In this document: positions 1 to 13,911 of the stretch, one piece after another
Layout: the number at the start of each line of letters is the position of its first letter
How positions within the stretch are numbered: position 1 is the first letter of the stretch
NCBI GenBank assembly: GCA_046563655.1
Contig: CM102285.1
Coordinates: 14,198,001-14,262,000 of the forward strand
Length of the DNA: 64,000 nt
Reading direction: 5' to 3'
DNA from: Yuukianura sp. NJ FZ-2021
Lineage: Eukaryota
Notes under the pieces: generated by a model
The model's input: only the letters and a program-made list of their open reading frames with translations
What the model was told of the DNA's origin: nothing
Databases searched by the model: none
Program-made: the position numbers and the translations under genes

Positions 1-1224
1 CTTTTCCAAAAATAAACCGGACTTTCACTCTTTTCATTTTTTTTCTCTTTTCATTTTTTCATTTTTTTCTTCAAAAAAAAATCTACTCAAGTTCCTTTAG
101 TTACTTGATGCGCTTCAATCAACTTTCACTCGATTTCAAAAATTCCACTTTCACCAAAATTAATTTTTTTTGAAAACTGCGTTTTTTCTAAACTCACTTT
201 ACCAAACTAGATAGAAAATATTTTTGTTTGAGATCTTTCAATTCACCTTAACAAAATCGCATAGCCTAACATTTTGAAAATATGAAATTTTTGTATTAAA
301 GGTGAACTTTTTTTTAAAGTTGAAACTTTTTTTTTCAAAATGGTTTGTTTTTAATTAAATTTGGATAGAGTGGTGGAAGCCATGGAGTGAAAGCGGTGAA
401 AGTTGAGTGTTTGCGTTCCCTGCCAAAGTGTATGTTTTCCTGTGGCATTAAATGGCAATTAGGAAACTGGCGGGAGTTTTTGGAGGATGATCCGACGGAA
501 TGGAGGATTTATGTCCATTACATGCTTTTCTGGATGGACTTCCGAAAGACACGCTTTTGGCCTGGACTTGGCTGTGACAATCGTTGAAAGTGGTGTTCTA
601 TGCAAAAGTTTTTACTTACAGAAGAAAACTGTTGGGAAAGTGAGTGAAAGTGGCTGGAGTCAGCCGTTTCCTTTCTCATGTCCACTAAAAGTCTAAGTCC
701 AAAGTCCCCCCACCCTTCACCCACCCAAAAGAGACTGGGAATGAGCCATTAAATAAATAAATGTCCAAAAAACTTTCTTCTCACTCAAAGTTTATTTTTC
801 CCGCTGTAGACTCAAAATGGATGGAAAACCAGTCGCAACAAAAAAAAAAAACTTTCTCTTTCTGACTTTTACTACAAACCCCCCCCCCTTCAGTGAAAGG
901 GGGGGGGGTCAAGGGGTTAGCCCCCCACTCATCATATACGTATTACCCTTCGACATGAAACCGCACTTCCTTATAACTTATGCTCTTAACACTCATTAAT
1001 AACCGGATCCACGGCTTGAGCTGGTCAACTTTCCTCGTTCAAAATGACACCAAACTTCTTGTTTTCCCTGACGCTGCTAAAACTTTTCAAATTTTGGATT
1101 TCTGAAATTTCCCAAGTTTTTGGAAAATGTTCAAAGTTTCCCGCAGTTTTGCTTTCACCCGGCACTTCAACAGGAACCGCCCTGTTGATTATGGGTCTCC
1201 CTTTGGCTTCAGGTCGACTGAAAC

Positions 1225-1446
1225 GGTTTCTTGCCATTGCTACGAATGAATTGCTGCGAAACCAATTGCTCCGAAATGTACTTTTCTCCGAATGTTATTT
1301 TGCTCCGAAACAGAATTCCTACGAAAACTTAATTTATGGGAAAGTACCATTCGGAGTAAAGTACCTTTCGGAGGAATTGGTTTCGTCACATTTCATTGGT
1401 AGCATTGTGCTTCGAAGCAATTCATTCGAAGAAATGGCGTGCTACC
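1225..1446. mobile_element. Non-autonomous foldback MITE, Merlin-like
   Basis: GG...CC termini; imperfect long TIRs (CCATTGCTACGAATGAATTGCTGCGAA / TTCGAAGCAATTCATTCGAAGAAATGG); internal short repeats that flip orientation at the centre; near-identical 8-bp flanks ACTGAAAC (1217-1224) and ATTGAAAC (1447-1454). Confidence 0.7.
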
Positions 1447-4400
1447 ATTGAAACTTGTTTAAATGTTGATTAAGTTAGGTTGTTAGGTTATGTTTTGGAG
1501 TGAAAGCATTTTTTGCTAAAAAGTGAGCAAAATGTGCTAAATGCTGTTAGTTGTTATAAGTCCTTTTGTCCAAAGTCCATTAATCAAGTCAACAAGGGCT
1601 TGGGTGACCCGTGTGTAAAGTTATAACAGAAAGTGTGCTTTCAGCAGGCGGGAAACTTTGAAAAAAAGTAAAAGTGGGATGACGGACCGAGTTTTGGTGT
1701 AGTGTATCTCTGCAGAAGTCCGCAAGAGAAACCGTGGAAAATAAGAAAGTCGTTTGGATTTAAAGGGGCAGGAAAAGAGAAAGGAAATATGATGATGAAG
1801 GTTCATGTTCCACGGTTCGGCGGTGCGGTGCTGGAGCATTAAGAAACGACGGTGAAAGTACAAAAAGAAAAAAAACGGCGGGAAAAAAGAAAACCATTTG
1901 AAATTTACACTTGTGGGAGACTCCTTGCTGAGTCAAGGATTTTCTTCCTGGTCCAAAACTTTTCCTACCACTTTAAGATGTATTTATGACTTTCTCCTTC
2001 TACAGCTAGAGCTTCGCTCTTTTTGCGCGGGAAACTTTTTTTTTGAAATAGTTACTCCCGCCGTTGCTGTGTGTCATCCAGGTTAAGACTTTGGCCTACT
2101 TGGTTCTCCTCCTTCGTCAGCACTTCACGAAACAGCATGAGGTTTACAAGGTCACCTCAGACAAAAAAAAAGAACAATTCAGAAAAAAATTGCTTTCAAA
2201 TTTTTCAAAAAATTTTCTTGAACAGTTGTAGTTTGCCTCTTTTTAGAAGGTTTTTTTTTCCCGTTGTTTTTTTTCCGCTTCTATTTGCGACGTTTATGGA
2301 AAAACTTAGCGTTTCAAAAACACTTTCTCCATTAGGTTTGTATTTTCAAAATTTCAAAAAAAAAATACAATTTCTACGTAACAGTACAGAAAACGACTGA
2401 AATTTTTTGAAATTTGAAAACCGACTTCTAAAAAGACACAAACTATTGAATTATGTTATGTTTGGACTGATTTTGATGAATGTTAGGCTATGTCTAAGAT
2501 GTAGCATAGTCTTCTCTTTCGTTTTTTTCACTTTTTTTTGAAGCAGAAGATAAATTCTTTTGTCAATTTGGCGACCCGTGTGAACGTGACATTGTTTGTG
2601 CTTTAGGTTAGAAACTGTGAGTGAAAACAGAAATTTCCATAAGAAGAAGAAAGAGTTGTTCTCTCGGAGTTGGCGAAGTGTGTAAATATTGGTCCAGCAC
2701 AAAGAAAAGTTGGATGCTGGATGCTGGAAGGTACTGGAAGGGAAGTGGATGAAGTTGTAAGTCCACCGAACGACAACATTCCCACATTTCTTTTTCAAGA
2801 CAAAACAAATTCTGCTTTCAGGTTCAGCTGAAGTCCACTTCGGTCCAACACTGTTGTAGGAGGATGGATGGTCTTGTGCACACTTTGTCCAAGTGATAAA
2901 AGTCATTAGGATGGACTCCCTTTCGCACCATCTTTCCTTTGATGTCCTCTCGGTTCAACAAGGAAATGGACTGGACAGGGCCTGGAAGACGCTGGAAATG
3001 CTGGAAGACGCTGGAAATGTCTGGACAGTGAAGACGCTGGAAATGAGCTTGTTGCATTTTGAATGCAGAGGACAGTGTGGAGTGAGGTTGTTTCTTGTGA
3101 CGAGGGAATTTGGATAAGAGCAGCTCATCCCCAGAGGCTCATAAAGTACGGACACGAGAAAATACACTTTCTCTAAGTAGAATCCCTCTCAGCCTCAAAC
3201 CTTACTACCAAAGCAACAGATGGGCCAACAACTACTTTCACTTTTCACCTCTCCACTTCCAAAAAAAAACTGCAGTTTTCAAAATTTCGAAATAGGCAAA
3301 GAACGAGAATGACCTGTGTGGCAAACCGTTTCGAAAAATGGGGTCAACGACCGGAGAAATTCAAACTTTCAGGAGCAAATTCCAAAGAAAAAAAATAGAG
3401 CCAAACAGAACTTTCTTCGGCGAAAGTTTTTAAGACTTCCGATTAACCTAGTAAGCCACTTTCATTTCGTTGCATTACGTTAGTTTTTATGTTGCAGTAA
3501 AGGTTAGGGTATGCTATGTTAGAGTAAAGTTATGTTTACAGCGTGATTGCTGAAGTTAATGTTATGTGGTTTAGAAAATTTGGAAAATTTGAGCCAGTTT
3601 GGTTGTATTTTACTAAAATTTGAGCAACTTTGAGTCAGGTTTTTAGCAATTTTGGAGAAAGTTAGGCTAGTTTTTTTTTCTGAGCAGAAACTTGTGGCTC
3701 CCGTTGTACTTTTTTAGTTTTTCTTCCTTTTTTGAGTTTTTTTTCGTTTTTTACTGACTAAGCTTTGGTAGTGGGAGTGAAAGTAGGAAGAGAGCGGGAG
3801 ATTGGAGTTGGGAGATGGGATGTCTCCATTTGGTGAATGTATGGGCGAGATAAGGGAAATCCCAATGGCCCTTGGTCATGATCTTCTCGAGGAGATAAAC
3901 GGCCAGTGGAGCTTCGGATCCAATTTACCAAGGACAATTCCCTCAGTCCAGGAAAAGAGCAGCACCAAGCAACAGTCCAGGTTGAACATGAACTCTACAA
4001 AATATTTATGGATGGATTTGTGTCCAGCTAAGGGAAATTGGACCAACGGAAACGATTCCAGGGCCCGTGGGGGAATCAAACAAATTTTGACCTTTGACCT
4101 TCCCTTGTCCTCTGCCAATTTTGCTTCAAGCTCGTTTTGCTTGAACATAAAACACTCAATACACTTGGAACATCATTCACTTCTTCAAATCCTGTTCTTG
4201 CTGAGTTTAAAAGTTGAAAACTGTTTAGAGAATGGAGGAGAAAGGAGGATTGCTGCTTTACGTTGGTGTTTACTTTCTAATTTGATTTCTCCTACATTAC
4301 AATTCAGAGGCTTCGTCTTCTTACGACTTTCATGAATAATTTACCAGGCGCTTTCTAATCACAAAAAACTGAGCCAGCATGTCCTCAGGTTTTCAGTTTG

Positions 4401-4540
4401 CGCCGTATGGTCCAAAACACAATTTCAAAACAATTATGACAGTAAGATAGTAAGAATGTATTACAATTACCAAAATTCCAATTATGAACTATTTGGAATT
4501 GTCTCTGGATTTGAATAATAGTTATTTCAGTATGTATTGA

Positions 4541-4685
4541 ACAGCATACAGGCAGTTGATCTGACTGTATGCTGTAAAAACTCAAAAATTTAATTTTGCT
4601 TTTTCTGTCGACCCCAATCTTCAGCATTACCAAAATTAAAATGAAACTGAGATACAGCATACAGTCAGTTGATCTGACTGTATGG
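4541..4685. repeat. Two ~35-bp palindromes joined by an inverted-repeat spacer; probable MITE remnant
   Basis: ACAGCATACAG(G/T)CAGTTGATCTGACTGTATG at about 4541 and 4654; the spacer is itself imperfectly self-complementary. Confidence 0.6.
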
Positions 4686-4824
4686 ACGCTTTTTGTTAAT
4701 TTCTAACAATGTGCATAAATAAAGACTAGTTGATTTTGAATTCACAAAATTAATTATATTATATTATTCTTTCAAAAAGGAAATGTCATGTAGGAATTCT
4801 TTTCAACTTCTTGATTACACCGGT

Positions 4825-5005
4825 TTGATTTAAATTTAACCTTTATTTTTAATTAATTTGATTTAATTTTAATTTTTATTTTTAATTAATTTGATTTAAT
4901 TTTAAACTTTATTTTTAATTTGATTTGATTTAATTTTAAACTTTATTTTTAATTAATTTGATTTAATTTTAAACTTTATGTTGTATTTAATTTGATTTAA
5001 TTTTT
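4825..5005. repeat. AT-rich minisatellite, ~33-bp unit, about 5 copies
   Basis: Repeated TTTATTTTTAATTAATTTGATTTAATTTTAAAC-like units. Confidence 0.85.
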
Positions 5006-8000
5006 TGGCAGTTCCAAAATAAAGCGGCACGGCACAGACTGCTTTCTAAAATCCTGCGAAAGAACTGGGAGTGGAGAGCATCTGTGTGTCTGTACTGGAA
5101 GTTGTGTCATTTAAGAGGCTTCTGGCTACTGACATTTGAAACTGTTTCCCTCTTTGTCTAAAATTGAGAATTGAATTAGAATGATGTGATGAGATTAAGG
5201 ACTGAAAATCAGACTTTGTGCCTCTACTCGTGTAACTCTTAGTTGTAACAGTTGTAGCAGTAGAAGTAGAAGCAAATGAAGAACTGGAGAAAGCGGAATA
5301 AAATTGACAAGTTTTCATTTGGGTAATGGCCGAGGCCCAGTATCTCCGTCCCCTCCACCCACTTCGCCTAATGTCCTCGTCCAGGACTTTCTGGAAGAGG
5401 AAGGATTAGACTCTGCTTTCACAAACACTTTCACTAAGGAATCTCCACAGTTCTCCATTCCAATGGCATCACCATCATCATCTCCCCGGATTACTTCCCT
5501 ATTCCTCTGATACGCCTATTCCTCCGATACGACTTCTTTTCCAACTTTCACAAAAAGTCTTTCAAAAACTAAACTCACAAAACCGAAGTTACCGTAAATC
5601 CTCGCTTAGACGGCGTACATTAGTTTCCTTTTTTAATCTCAACTTTTTACATAGTTAATTCAAAGTTCCCATTTCTTCTCTCAATGAAGCATGCAATTTT
5701 TAACCAACATTATGTTAGCATTTGAATTTTTTGCTTCTAAAGGAAATCGAAATCTGGAATTTTTAAATCTGAATTGTTACATTTCCTTTAGTTTTCGAGG
5801 TTTTAGGTTTTCCGCAAAGATGGTTCAGAGTTATATTCGAGGAATTACGGTAACTTTGAGTATTTTTGGCTCATAGAAGTGTTTCCCTCTTGAAACTTGA
5901 GTACCCTCTTGGTTTCTAAAGGAAAGCGGACCCACCGGAATCCAACTGTTGTGTCAGCACTTATTTCTCGCTTGTGCCCAACATCTTCTTCTTTTCTCAA
6001 ATTGCCCCTCTTCTGTTTCTCAACATTTCTCAACATCCAGAAACAACTCTAAAAGCCCCTCTGCACAACATCTCTATTACTCAACTTTCAGATTCTTCCG
6101 TTTTTTCTGTAAAAAAAAAAGTTGTAAAAACACGAAAAAATCTTCAAGGTGAAAAATTCAAACAAACTCCACTTTCACTTTTGGTACAAAACGTTTTCAA
6201 AGAAACTGCGTTCAGAAAATATAAAATGATTCCAAAATATTTTGTATTTTTCATTTCTTTTTGTGAGTGAACTTTTCAAAAAACGCTTTGTATTTTTCAA
6301 TTTTTCAAGAATATGTCAGTAATAAGGAAACTGATTTCTTAAAATGAGTAGAACTTTCACTTTAGTTTTTTTTTTATTAAAAATAGAAGCGAGACTGTCA
6401 GTAATCTTCGTGGGTTGTCAATTTCCCGCTTTTTTTTTGGTGAAAGCTCATCTTCCGGATATGGGTTCCCTTCAACACGCCTATCTTAATGTCAAGGAAA
6501 TTGGAAGTGGAGTTGGTCTTACGCCTTCACTTTGCAGGGACAAGGTGCTAATGAAGGCTTCCCGCACTTTTCCAGACCCATCCCGCTTCCTAAATGGAGA
6601 GCGGCAGGTTTTGAAATGGATCTTACTCATTCCCAAAGGAAAAGCGGGAGTAGAAGTGAAAGTGACTTTTGATCAGATACGCGTAGAGCCACCATTTAAA
6701 AGCCCCGCCGGTGGGGCTACTGATGGTGGCTCTGAATTAAAGGAAAGAATTAAATGGTTTATCTTCAAGTAAAAGTAAAGTGGGGCGAGGAATTGTGTCG
6801 GTCACAAGCCATTTAAGCCCATGCTAAAGTAAGTACTAAGGTTAGAGTTGGTGGGGCTGACGGGTCCGAACATTAGTGGGATGATGGATTCCTTGGCGGA
6901 GCTGGAGGGCTCGAGTGAGCCAGACAAATTAGCCATTATGGCCCCACCGCTCCCGTTCCAGCCCCACCAATCCACATTCATCTTGCTTAAGGAACATCCT
7001 CTACCATGTACCCCGTCAGAGACAACTCAGCCGTGTCATCCATCTAACACACAGGAAAAAAGTAACGTAGGCGCAAAGAAAGTTGCAGTGGGAGGCCAAA
7101 TCAGGAGGCCATTATCACTCCAATCAATCAAAACTTAAGCACAGTCGACCGTCCTCCACATTTTTCTACTTTTTCAAAATTTCAATTTCAAAGGAAAACA
7201 GAAAATTTGTTCAAACCTTGAATTCAAAGCGACAAAAATTCCTGAAACTCATAACATGCTGGATACAGGGGTGCCAAAAATATTTATTGAAAACCAGCGA
7301 AATATTTTCAAAGCCATACAATATTTACTGCAAAAGCTTGAAATGATTACTAACTTTACTGAAAACAGCTAGAAATTAGTAAACTGAAATGCTTGAATTT
7401 TTTTATTTAACTTAACATTAAGAGCATAACAATAAATATTTAGCAACAAAAAGAGCTGAAACATTGATTTTGTTAATATTACAGGCATGGGAACTAAATA
7501 TTTTTGGCAGGTCTGATGATGACGAGTGAAAGTAAAATTATTGTTGATAGTCGAAAAAGTTTGAAATTCAAAAACGGATTTTGAAAATGCAGAAGAATAC
7601 TAAAAATGGAGATGTTGATCCAGAAGACTTTGTTACGGCTTTCGACTTTTCTTGGCTTCCTTCAACTGGACTTGTTGAATTTATTTTGCATCTCAAAATG
7701 TTCCCACCAAAAAAGGAAAATGGGAATCTGTGAGGCCATTCTAGCAGGAGAGTCAGACAGAGTGTGGCGTAATGGTTTTCTCCTTAATTCAAAAACTTTC
7801 TCCTTCCCGCCCTCCCTTGCATCATGGATCACTTGGTTTCTGAGGGAGACAACAAGTGAAAGTCCCTGAGCTTTCCATTTTTCTAAAGATTGGAAAAAAA
7901 ATTGGCAGTGGGCCATTCGACAATCGACGACTTTAGGAGAAAGCCAAACGGGAAAGCAAAAAAAGTTTTTGTGTTTGTCAAAAGCATAACTTTTGGGCTG

Positions 8001-9867
8001 ATGGCGATCCTGCAGCCACCCCTCTTGGTCTCTGGTCAATTGTTCGATGAAGGGGGGGGTCTACGAAAGGGGGGGGGGGTAAGATTTTCAAATTCGAATT
8101 TTCTTAGCGAACCCCCCCCTAGTTTCTTTGGTGAAAGATATCCTAACCCCCCCCCCCCTCCACTTTCTCTCTCCCGCCCCCAATGGATATTGGGAATAAA
8201 AGGAAAAGCTGACTTTGACTTCTTGAGTCCGATTCCGAAGTGGATGGAATTTCTTTGGATTTGATTTGGGGTGGAGATAGGAGTGAAAGCACAGAAAAGT
8301 TCTTTCTTTGTAGTCTCTCTCTGTGGCTTATGGGATCACTCTACTCATCTCCTCTCTTTCTATTATTCTAAAAACAGAATTGGATACACAAAAATCAAAC
8401 TGATCCTCGGATATATCGGAATGCTGGACACAACTGCAATTTCTGGAAGGAGCCAAAGATCACTTGACCAAAACGATGGTTCGCTCTGAAGACAAAAAAA
8501 GTCAATCAAGAAAGTGTGAGATGCGGATTTAGCGTCAACTTTCACTGAACTTTCTCGTTGTTCGATGCACTTTTGATCAAGAGTTGGGCAATCGGAACCG
8601 TTTCTTATTTATTTTGATTTGACCTTTGACACTTCTCAGGTCAAACCACTTTCACGGAAGCCTAACTTTCAAAAAAAAAAAATGAAAGTCGCGTTTTTTT
8701 GATGAAGGGTTTAACTAAAACTCGGAATTTTCAGAAAATCGTGCTTCACTTTTTATTTTGCCGTCAATTCTATGTTTTTGGCGACAAAAATCACGTGACC
8801 TTGAGAAATGTTTGTGACCTCCGGAGAATGTGTCGGTGGGGAATAGTTTAAAAGTTGGTTTTTCTAAAAAGTAGTTTTTTTTAGAAGTGGATTTCGATTT
8901 GTCACCTTTAGGATTTTCGTGGGTCCTGGAGGGTATTCGGCTCGTTGGATGAAAAGAATGAGCTGCCAAGGTTCGGAAAACCGTAATCCACCATCCCCAA
9001 GTAGAATCAAGAATCCCAGGGATTGTCCAAGGCCCCACCAAAGGGCCCCACCACAGCCACCTTCTCAGGAAAACTTCAAAGTGGACTCAAGGTCCCACCG
9101 GGTCCATAAAGGGAACCACCTAAGCTCCCCTCCTTTTGGTTATTCCTTGCATGCAAAGGAGCAATTTATCCCACTGCAAAAAAAAACTGAAATGTCTCGA
9201 AGGAGAAAAGCTTTCTTTTTTTTTTTTCAGAAAAACGCCAAGGCGAGTCGCTTCGTCCGGAAACATATTGGACTTGTTCCTTTTGGACAAGTTTTTAGCC
9301 GGGTAGGGAAGAAAAAACCGAAAAAAGTTGCACAATGGGAATTCTTTGTACTTTGTCAAAAAAACCTGAGGGGCTTTAGGAAAGGATTTAAGTCTCCATC
9401 CACTTGAGCACTAGCGTCTCTTATACACTTTACTATAAGAAAGAAGAGGTGTTAATTATATGATCAGTTTTATGCTGAACCCCAGTCGAAATGGCGCCAA
9501 TTTTCAAAAAAAAAAGTTTGGAGAAAGTTTCTTTCTCCGAAGATTTTTTATTCCCCGCCACCACTCTTGGAATTTCTTGATTAATCGACTGCCGTAAGGG
9601 AAGGCATAATTAAGATTTTATGCGGAGAGAAAGTACTTTTGTTTCCTCTCCTGCCATTTGGGATTTTGAAAATTCCCGCCTTGCCAATCACGCTGGAGCG
9701 ACAATAATAATCGTTTTATGAACCACGCAATTAAGTCAAAACCTCGAGCAGAATAATAATTTTAAATAAAAGTTACACCAATTTTCACCATTTTGATTAT
9801 GCACGCACGAGCTGCATAGAAAAAAAAAGAACAGGAAACCCGTAAGTGCTATAAAATTTTACAGAAA

Positions 9868-10190
9868 AAAAATCCAAATTTTGGATGCCCAAGTCTGAAA
9901 AATTCAAAAATTTTCAACTCTGGGCAGCCATGCACTTTCCCCACGCAAACGTGCAGAATTTTTCTTTTGTATTAAAAATTTCTTTCTAAATTTTTTTTTT
10001 CCAAATTTCCAAATTCGTCACACAAAATCCTAATTTTGAATGCCCAACTCTAATTTGAAAATTAAAAATTTTCGTAGCTGGGCATCTCACTTTCTCCACG
10101 CAGAAACCCAAACGTGCAGAATTTTTTTCTTGTGTATGTTATGAAAAAATTAGTTTTCTTGAATTTTTTTTTCCAAATTGCAAAATTGGG
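9868..10190. repeat. Diverged ~155-bp tandem duplication
   Basis: AAAATCC...ATGCCCAA...CTGGGCA...CACTTT.CCACGCA...AAACGTGCAGAATTTTTT...CCAAATT occurs twice in the same order. Confidence 0.75.
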
Positions 10191-10859
10191 CAGCTTTTGA
10201 AAGGAAAATGACAGGCTGAGAGCCGGAGAAAGTGATTTTTCTGTGGTTTAGTCAAACTAATTTTGGTTATTTTTCTTACATGAGAAAAACGAGTAGAAAA
10301 GGGGAAAATGAGTAAGAAAAATGCTTTCTTTTCAAGAAAAATAGGAGAAAGTGGTAGTCTATTTATGTAATTCTGAACAAATTATGCATAGAATATTGAG
10401 GGAGTTCGTAGCTGGGCATAGGAGGTTCCCTTGTGAATAATTCCTGTGACACATGTACCCTTCCTCTACCTGTTTGTGTCCAATAACTAAGTCCTTCCCG
10501 CCCACGTTGTTCAAATTGAATTGAGTGGTTTATGCATTTGTTATGGCGGTGGAGACTAGAAACCACTTTCTCCAAAAACCTAACCTAAACTACATACGCT
10601 CCTGTCAATTGTCATGTTCCTGCCGTACAGGTGGGCCACTGGGCTGTGGCTCATTTCAAATGGACAGTTGGACATGACGTAAATTATCCTCATTGACATA
10701 TTTTCCGGGCACTCGTGTCCAGTGACGTCCGATCCAAGGCCTCACCCTGCCACAAATAAGCCAATAATTAATGTCACAGGGCCAACAAACAACCAAGGAC
10801 AATGAATTTATAATGCGATTGTGCCCATCTCTGTTGACCAAAAAATCTTGCCCAGCTCT

Positions 10860-11350
10860 GATTGGTCAGCACAATTTGTCTAGTCACTTTCACCTTCTAC
10901 GTTCGGCAGCTTGAGTCGCTCATTATTGTGACCTTGTCAGCTTGTCTGGATGGTCAGCAGTGTTGACCTGATCAGCTGACCTCGATGCCCAACACTAATA
11001 AGCTGATCAGCTGACTTGGCTGATCGGCACTTACGATCTTATCAGCTGACTGGCACTTACGATCTAGCTGACCTTGATATGATCAGCTGACCCAGATGAC
11101 CGGCACTTACGATCTGATCAGCTAACTTCTGATCGGCAATTATCTGCTCACCTGACTTGCCTGAGCGGAATTTTTGATCTAATCAGGTTGATCGACATTT
11201 TTGATCTGATCAGCAGAATTGACTGATCGGAACTTTTGACTTGATGTCATTGCCATTGTTCTGCTCATAATTGCTGATCGCACACATGAGCGCTTGTTTT
11301 TAACTTCTGATGCCCAGCTAATGTTGGATTCACCTGATCGTAAATCAAGT
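10860..11350. repeat. Degenerate tandem array rich in GATCAGCTGAC and GGCACTTACGATCT
   Basis: Many imperfect copies of TGATCAGCTGAC, plus three copies of GGCACTTACGATCT. Confidence 0.75.
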
Positions 11351-13632
11351 GCGATCAGAAAGGAGGCCATTAGAGCCAGTTTTATGAGGAAGGAGGGCAG
11401 AGGACTAATGGACACTAGCATAAATCCTACTGTTGAAGGCCAAGAATCCAACCAACCACAATTCTTACATAAGTTTTTACAAAAAAGGAAACTTTCTCCA
11501 TCAAGTTTGTCCATTTGGAAGAAACATCGGCCAGCATTTTCCATTTTTCCGTCCAATGTTTTGTACTAAACCAAAAAAAGGCTCCTAAATATTTCAATAG
11601 TAATTCTAACAACTTAAAAACTTTTTGTACTTAAGAAGTGGAGAGAGAGGAACAATTTATGCTAAGAGCCTTTCCAACTGTTAAGTTACCAAATCGTCCA
11701 AAAGTCCGCACTTCTCCAACAATTTTTTCCAAAAACCACTTTCTGTCCCGAATGAAATACAAAAACGTAACATGCGACTTAAGTTTTCTCTTCAAAAACG
11801 GAAATGGAAAACTTTCTCCTGATTTTTGTGCCACATTTTATGGTTTCACGAACCACCGAAAAGCCTTTCACCACAAATCGCAAGTTAACAAGAATTTCTT
11901 AAAAAAAAAAAGGTCCAGTTTTCATTTCAAAATCTCATAATTTCGGCACAGTTTACAAAATGTAACTAGGACAAAAAGTCAAACACTGTAGATAAAAATT
12001 TTTTCAAAAATCCAAACGCTTTTTAACAAGGTATTAAAAAGTTTTCGAAAATTGTTTTTTTTTTAAAGTAAAAGTGGTTTCGGATGAAAATTTTGATTCT
12101 GGTTTGCTCTGACTTACTTTATGTGTAGAAGTGGACAGAATGTATTGCGAAGTAGTTTTAAAGCAGAAACATAATGGTGTTTGCGTGTATTAAATGAATT
12201 TGGAGAAAGGTTACAAGAAAGAAGTAAATAGGCGATGTTAACATGCTTTTGAATTTATATGACATAGAAAGATTGATTCTCTAACGTTAGCCTAACTAAA
12301 CTAACCACAACAACTACACCAAAGGTGCCTAAAAAATCTAAACCAATTTATTTTCTTCAAAGTAAAACAGTCCTAATTTCACAATTTTTTATTTGCTTTC
12401 TCTTTTTCTGTTTCTTGCTCAAAAAATGCAACAAATTTGAACACAAAAAATATTACGGTTTTGATATCAACGTTTAAATGTAACCTGAATCCTTCAACCT
12501 CAACGCTTAACGTTGATTGATGAGGGAAAGCGACCAACCTAATGAAAAAGTTCCAAAAAAAATGAAAAAAGTTCAAAAACTGTCGTTGCAAAATAAGTTT
12601 AAAAAGAAAACTCAAAATCAAGGGGGGAAAGTGTGAAAAAACACAGAAAATTCCAAGTTAAGCAAAAATTAAGGAAAAAAAATCAAAACAGAGCGAATTT
12701 GTACAAGAATTTTTTCCCAACTTTCTCCAAAAATTTTCCACCACATTAGGTTATGTTTGCAGTATGTCTCTGCCTTATTCATGTGATACCTGAATCAGGC
12801 TAGGCTGAACCTAATATTAGGCTAACATAACATTGAACCTAATATTAGGCTGAACCTGATGTTAGGCTAAGGTTAGGATGGTATCTTGGAGAGTGCGTTG
12901 CATTGTGTACGTCGTTTGTAATTAAAAGGACATTCAAAGGGCGTTTTCTTGTGGATCCGAAGTCTAAAGACCTCAATTTCATCAGGGAGCAGCCGATGGC
13001 TTGTGGAGATTAGAGTGTGAGGAGCGAGATTAAGATTTATGTTGCGATTAGGCTGACAAACAGGCCTGACGAAATCCGCCTTCTGAATTAATCATTCTAA
13101 ACCCAAGACACACAAGAATTCCTAGTCAATAAATTCATCTCAAGGAGATTACCAGTCTTAATTTCTTTAAACTCCAAACGGGAAGTGGGGAAAAGAGGGA
13201 AATTCTCCCGTGTGTTCTAATTAACGTGTCATAACGCAGGGATGGATTTATGGGTTAGGGAATTAGAGCAGACTAGGTTGGTGGAAGTCCAAAATACCTG
13301 GAAGGTGTGTTTTTCCATTCCAGATGACTTGAATTATTTGTAGCCTCTTTCCCTTAATTTGAAAAAGGAAACAGGAGCAACAGTCCTTGAAACAAATGCG
13401 TTTTCAAATTTGTCCCTTGTGTCCTACCCGGAAAAGTACAGAGCGATTGTTACAGCAAAATGAGAACGAAAGTGAAAGTTTTCACTCTGAAAAATAAAAA
13501 AAAACAAGACAGATCAAAATGGTAGAACTTTTCGAGAGAATTCAAGAATTCGAAAAAATCGTCAGAATTTTGGAGGATTTTCAAAATCTACCGGGCGAAT
13601 TTTATTAGATTAAAATAATATAAGACACTTTC

Positions 13633-13911
13633 TATGGGGGGAGATCACTAGCAAAAAGTTTTCAAAAAATCTGCAACGAAAATTTTTTACTACTTCGACT
13701 ATTTAGTTTACAGCAACTGAAACTGAATAGTCGACATAAAAAAAAACTCAGTGCGAAAAACGGCGTATAAAAAATAGCTGTAGAAAAAAATTCCACGAAA
13801 ATAAATTGAGTTGCTGTAATTTTCTATTGCTGTAAAAAATTAAGTCGAAGTAGAAATTTTTTTTTCGTTGCAGATTATTTAAAATTTTTCTGCTGGTCAT
13901 CTCCCCCCATA
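13633..13911. mobile_element. Non-autonomous DNA transposon with IS3EU-type ends
   Basis: Long imperfect TIRs TATGGGGGGAGATCACTAGCAAAAA... / ...TTTTCTGCTGGTCATCTCCCCCCATA; exact 6-bp flanking duplication ACTTTC (13627-13632 and 13912-13917). Confidence 0.75.
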
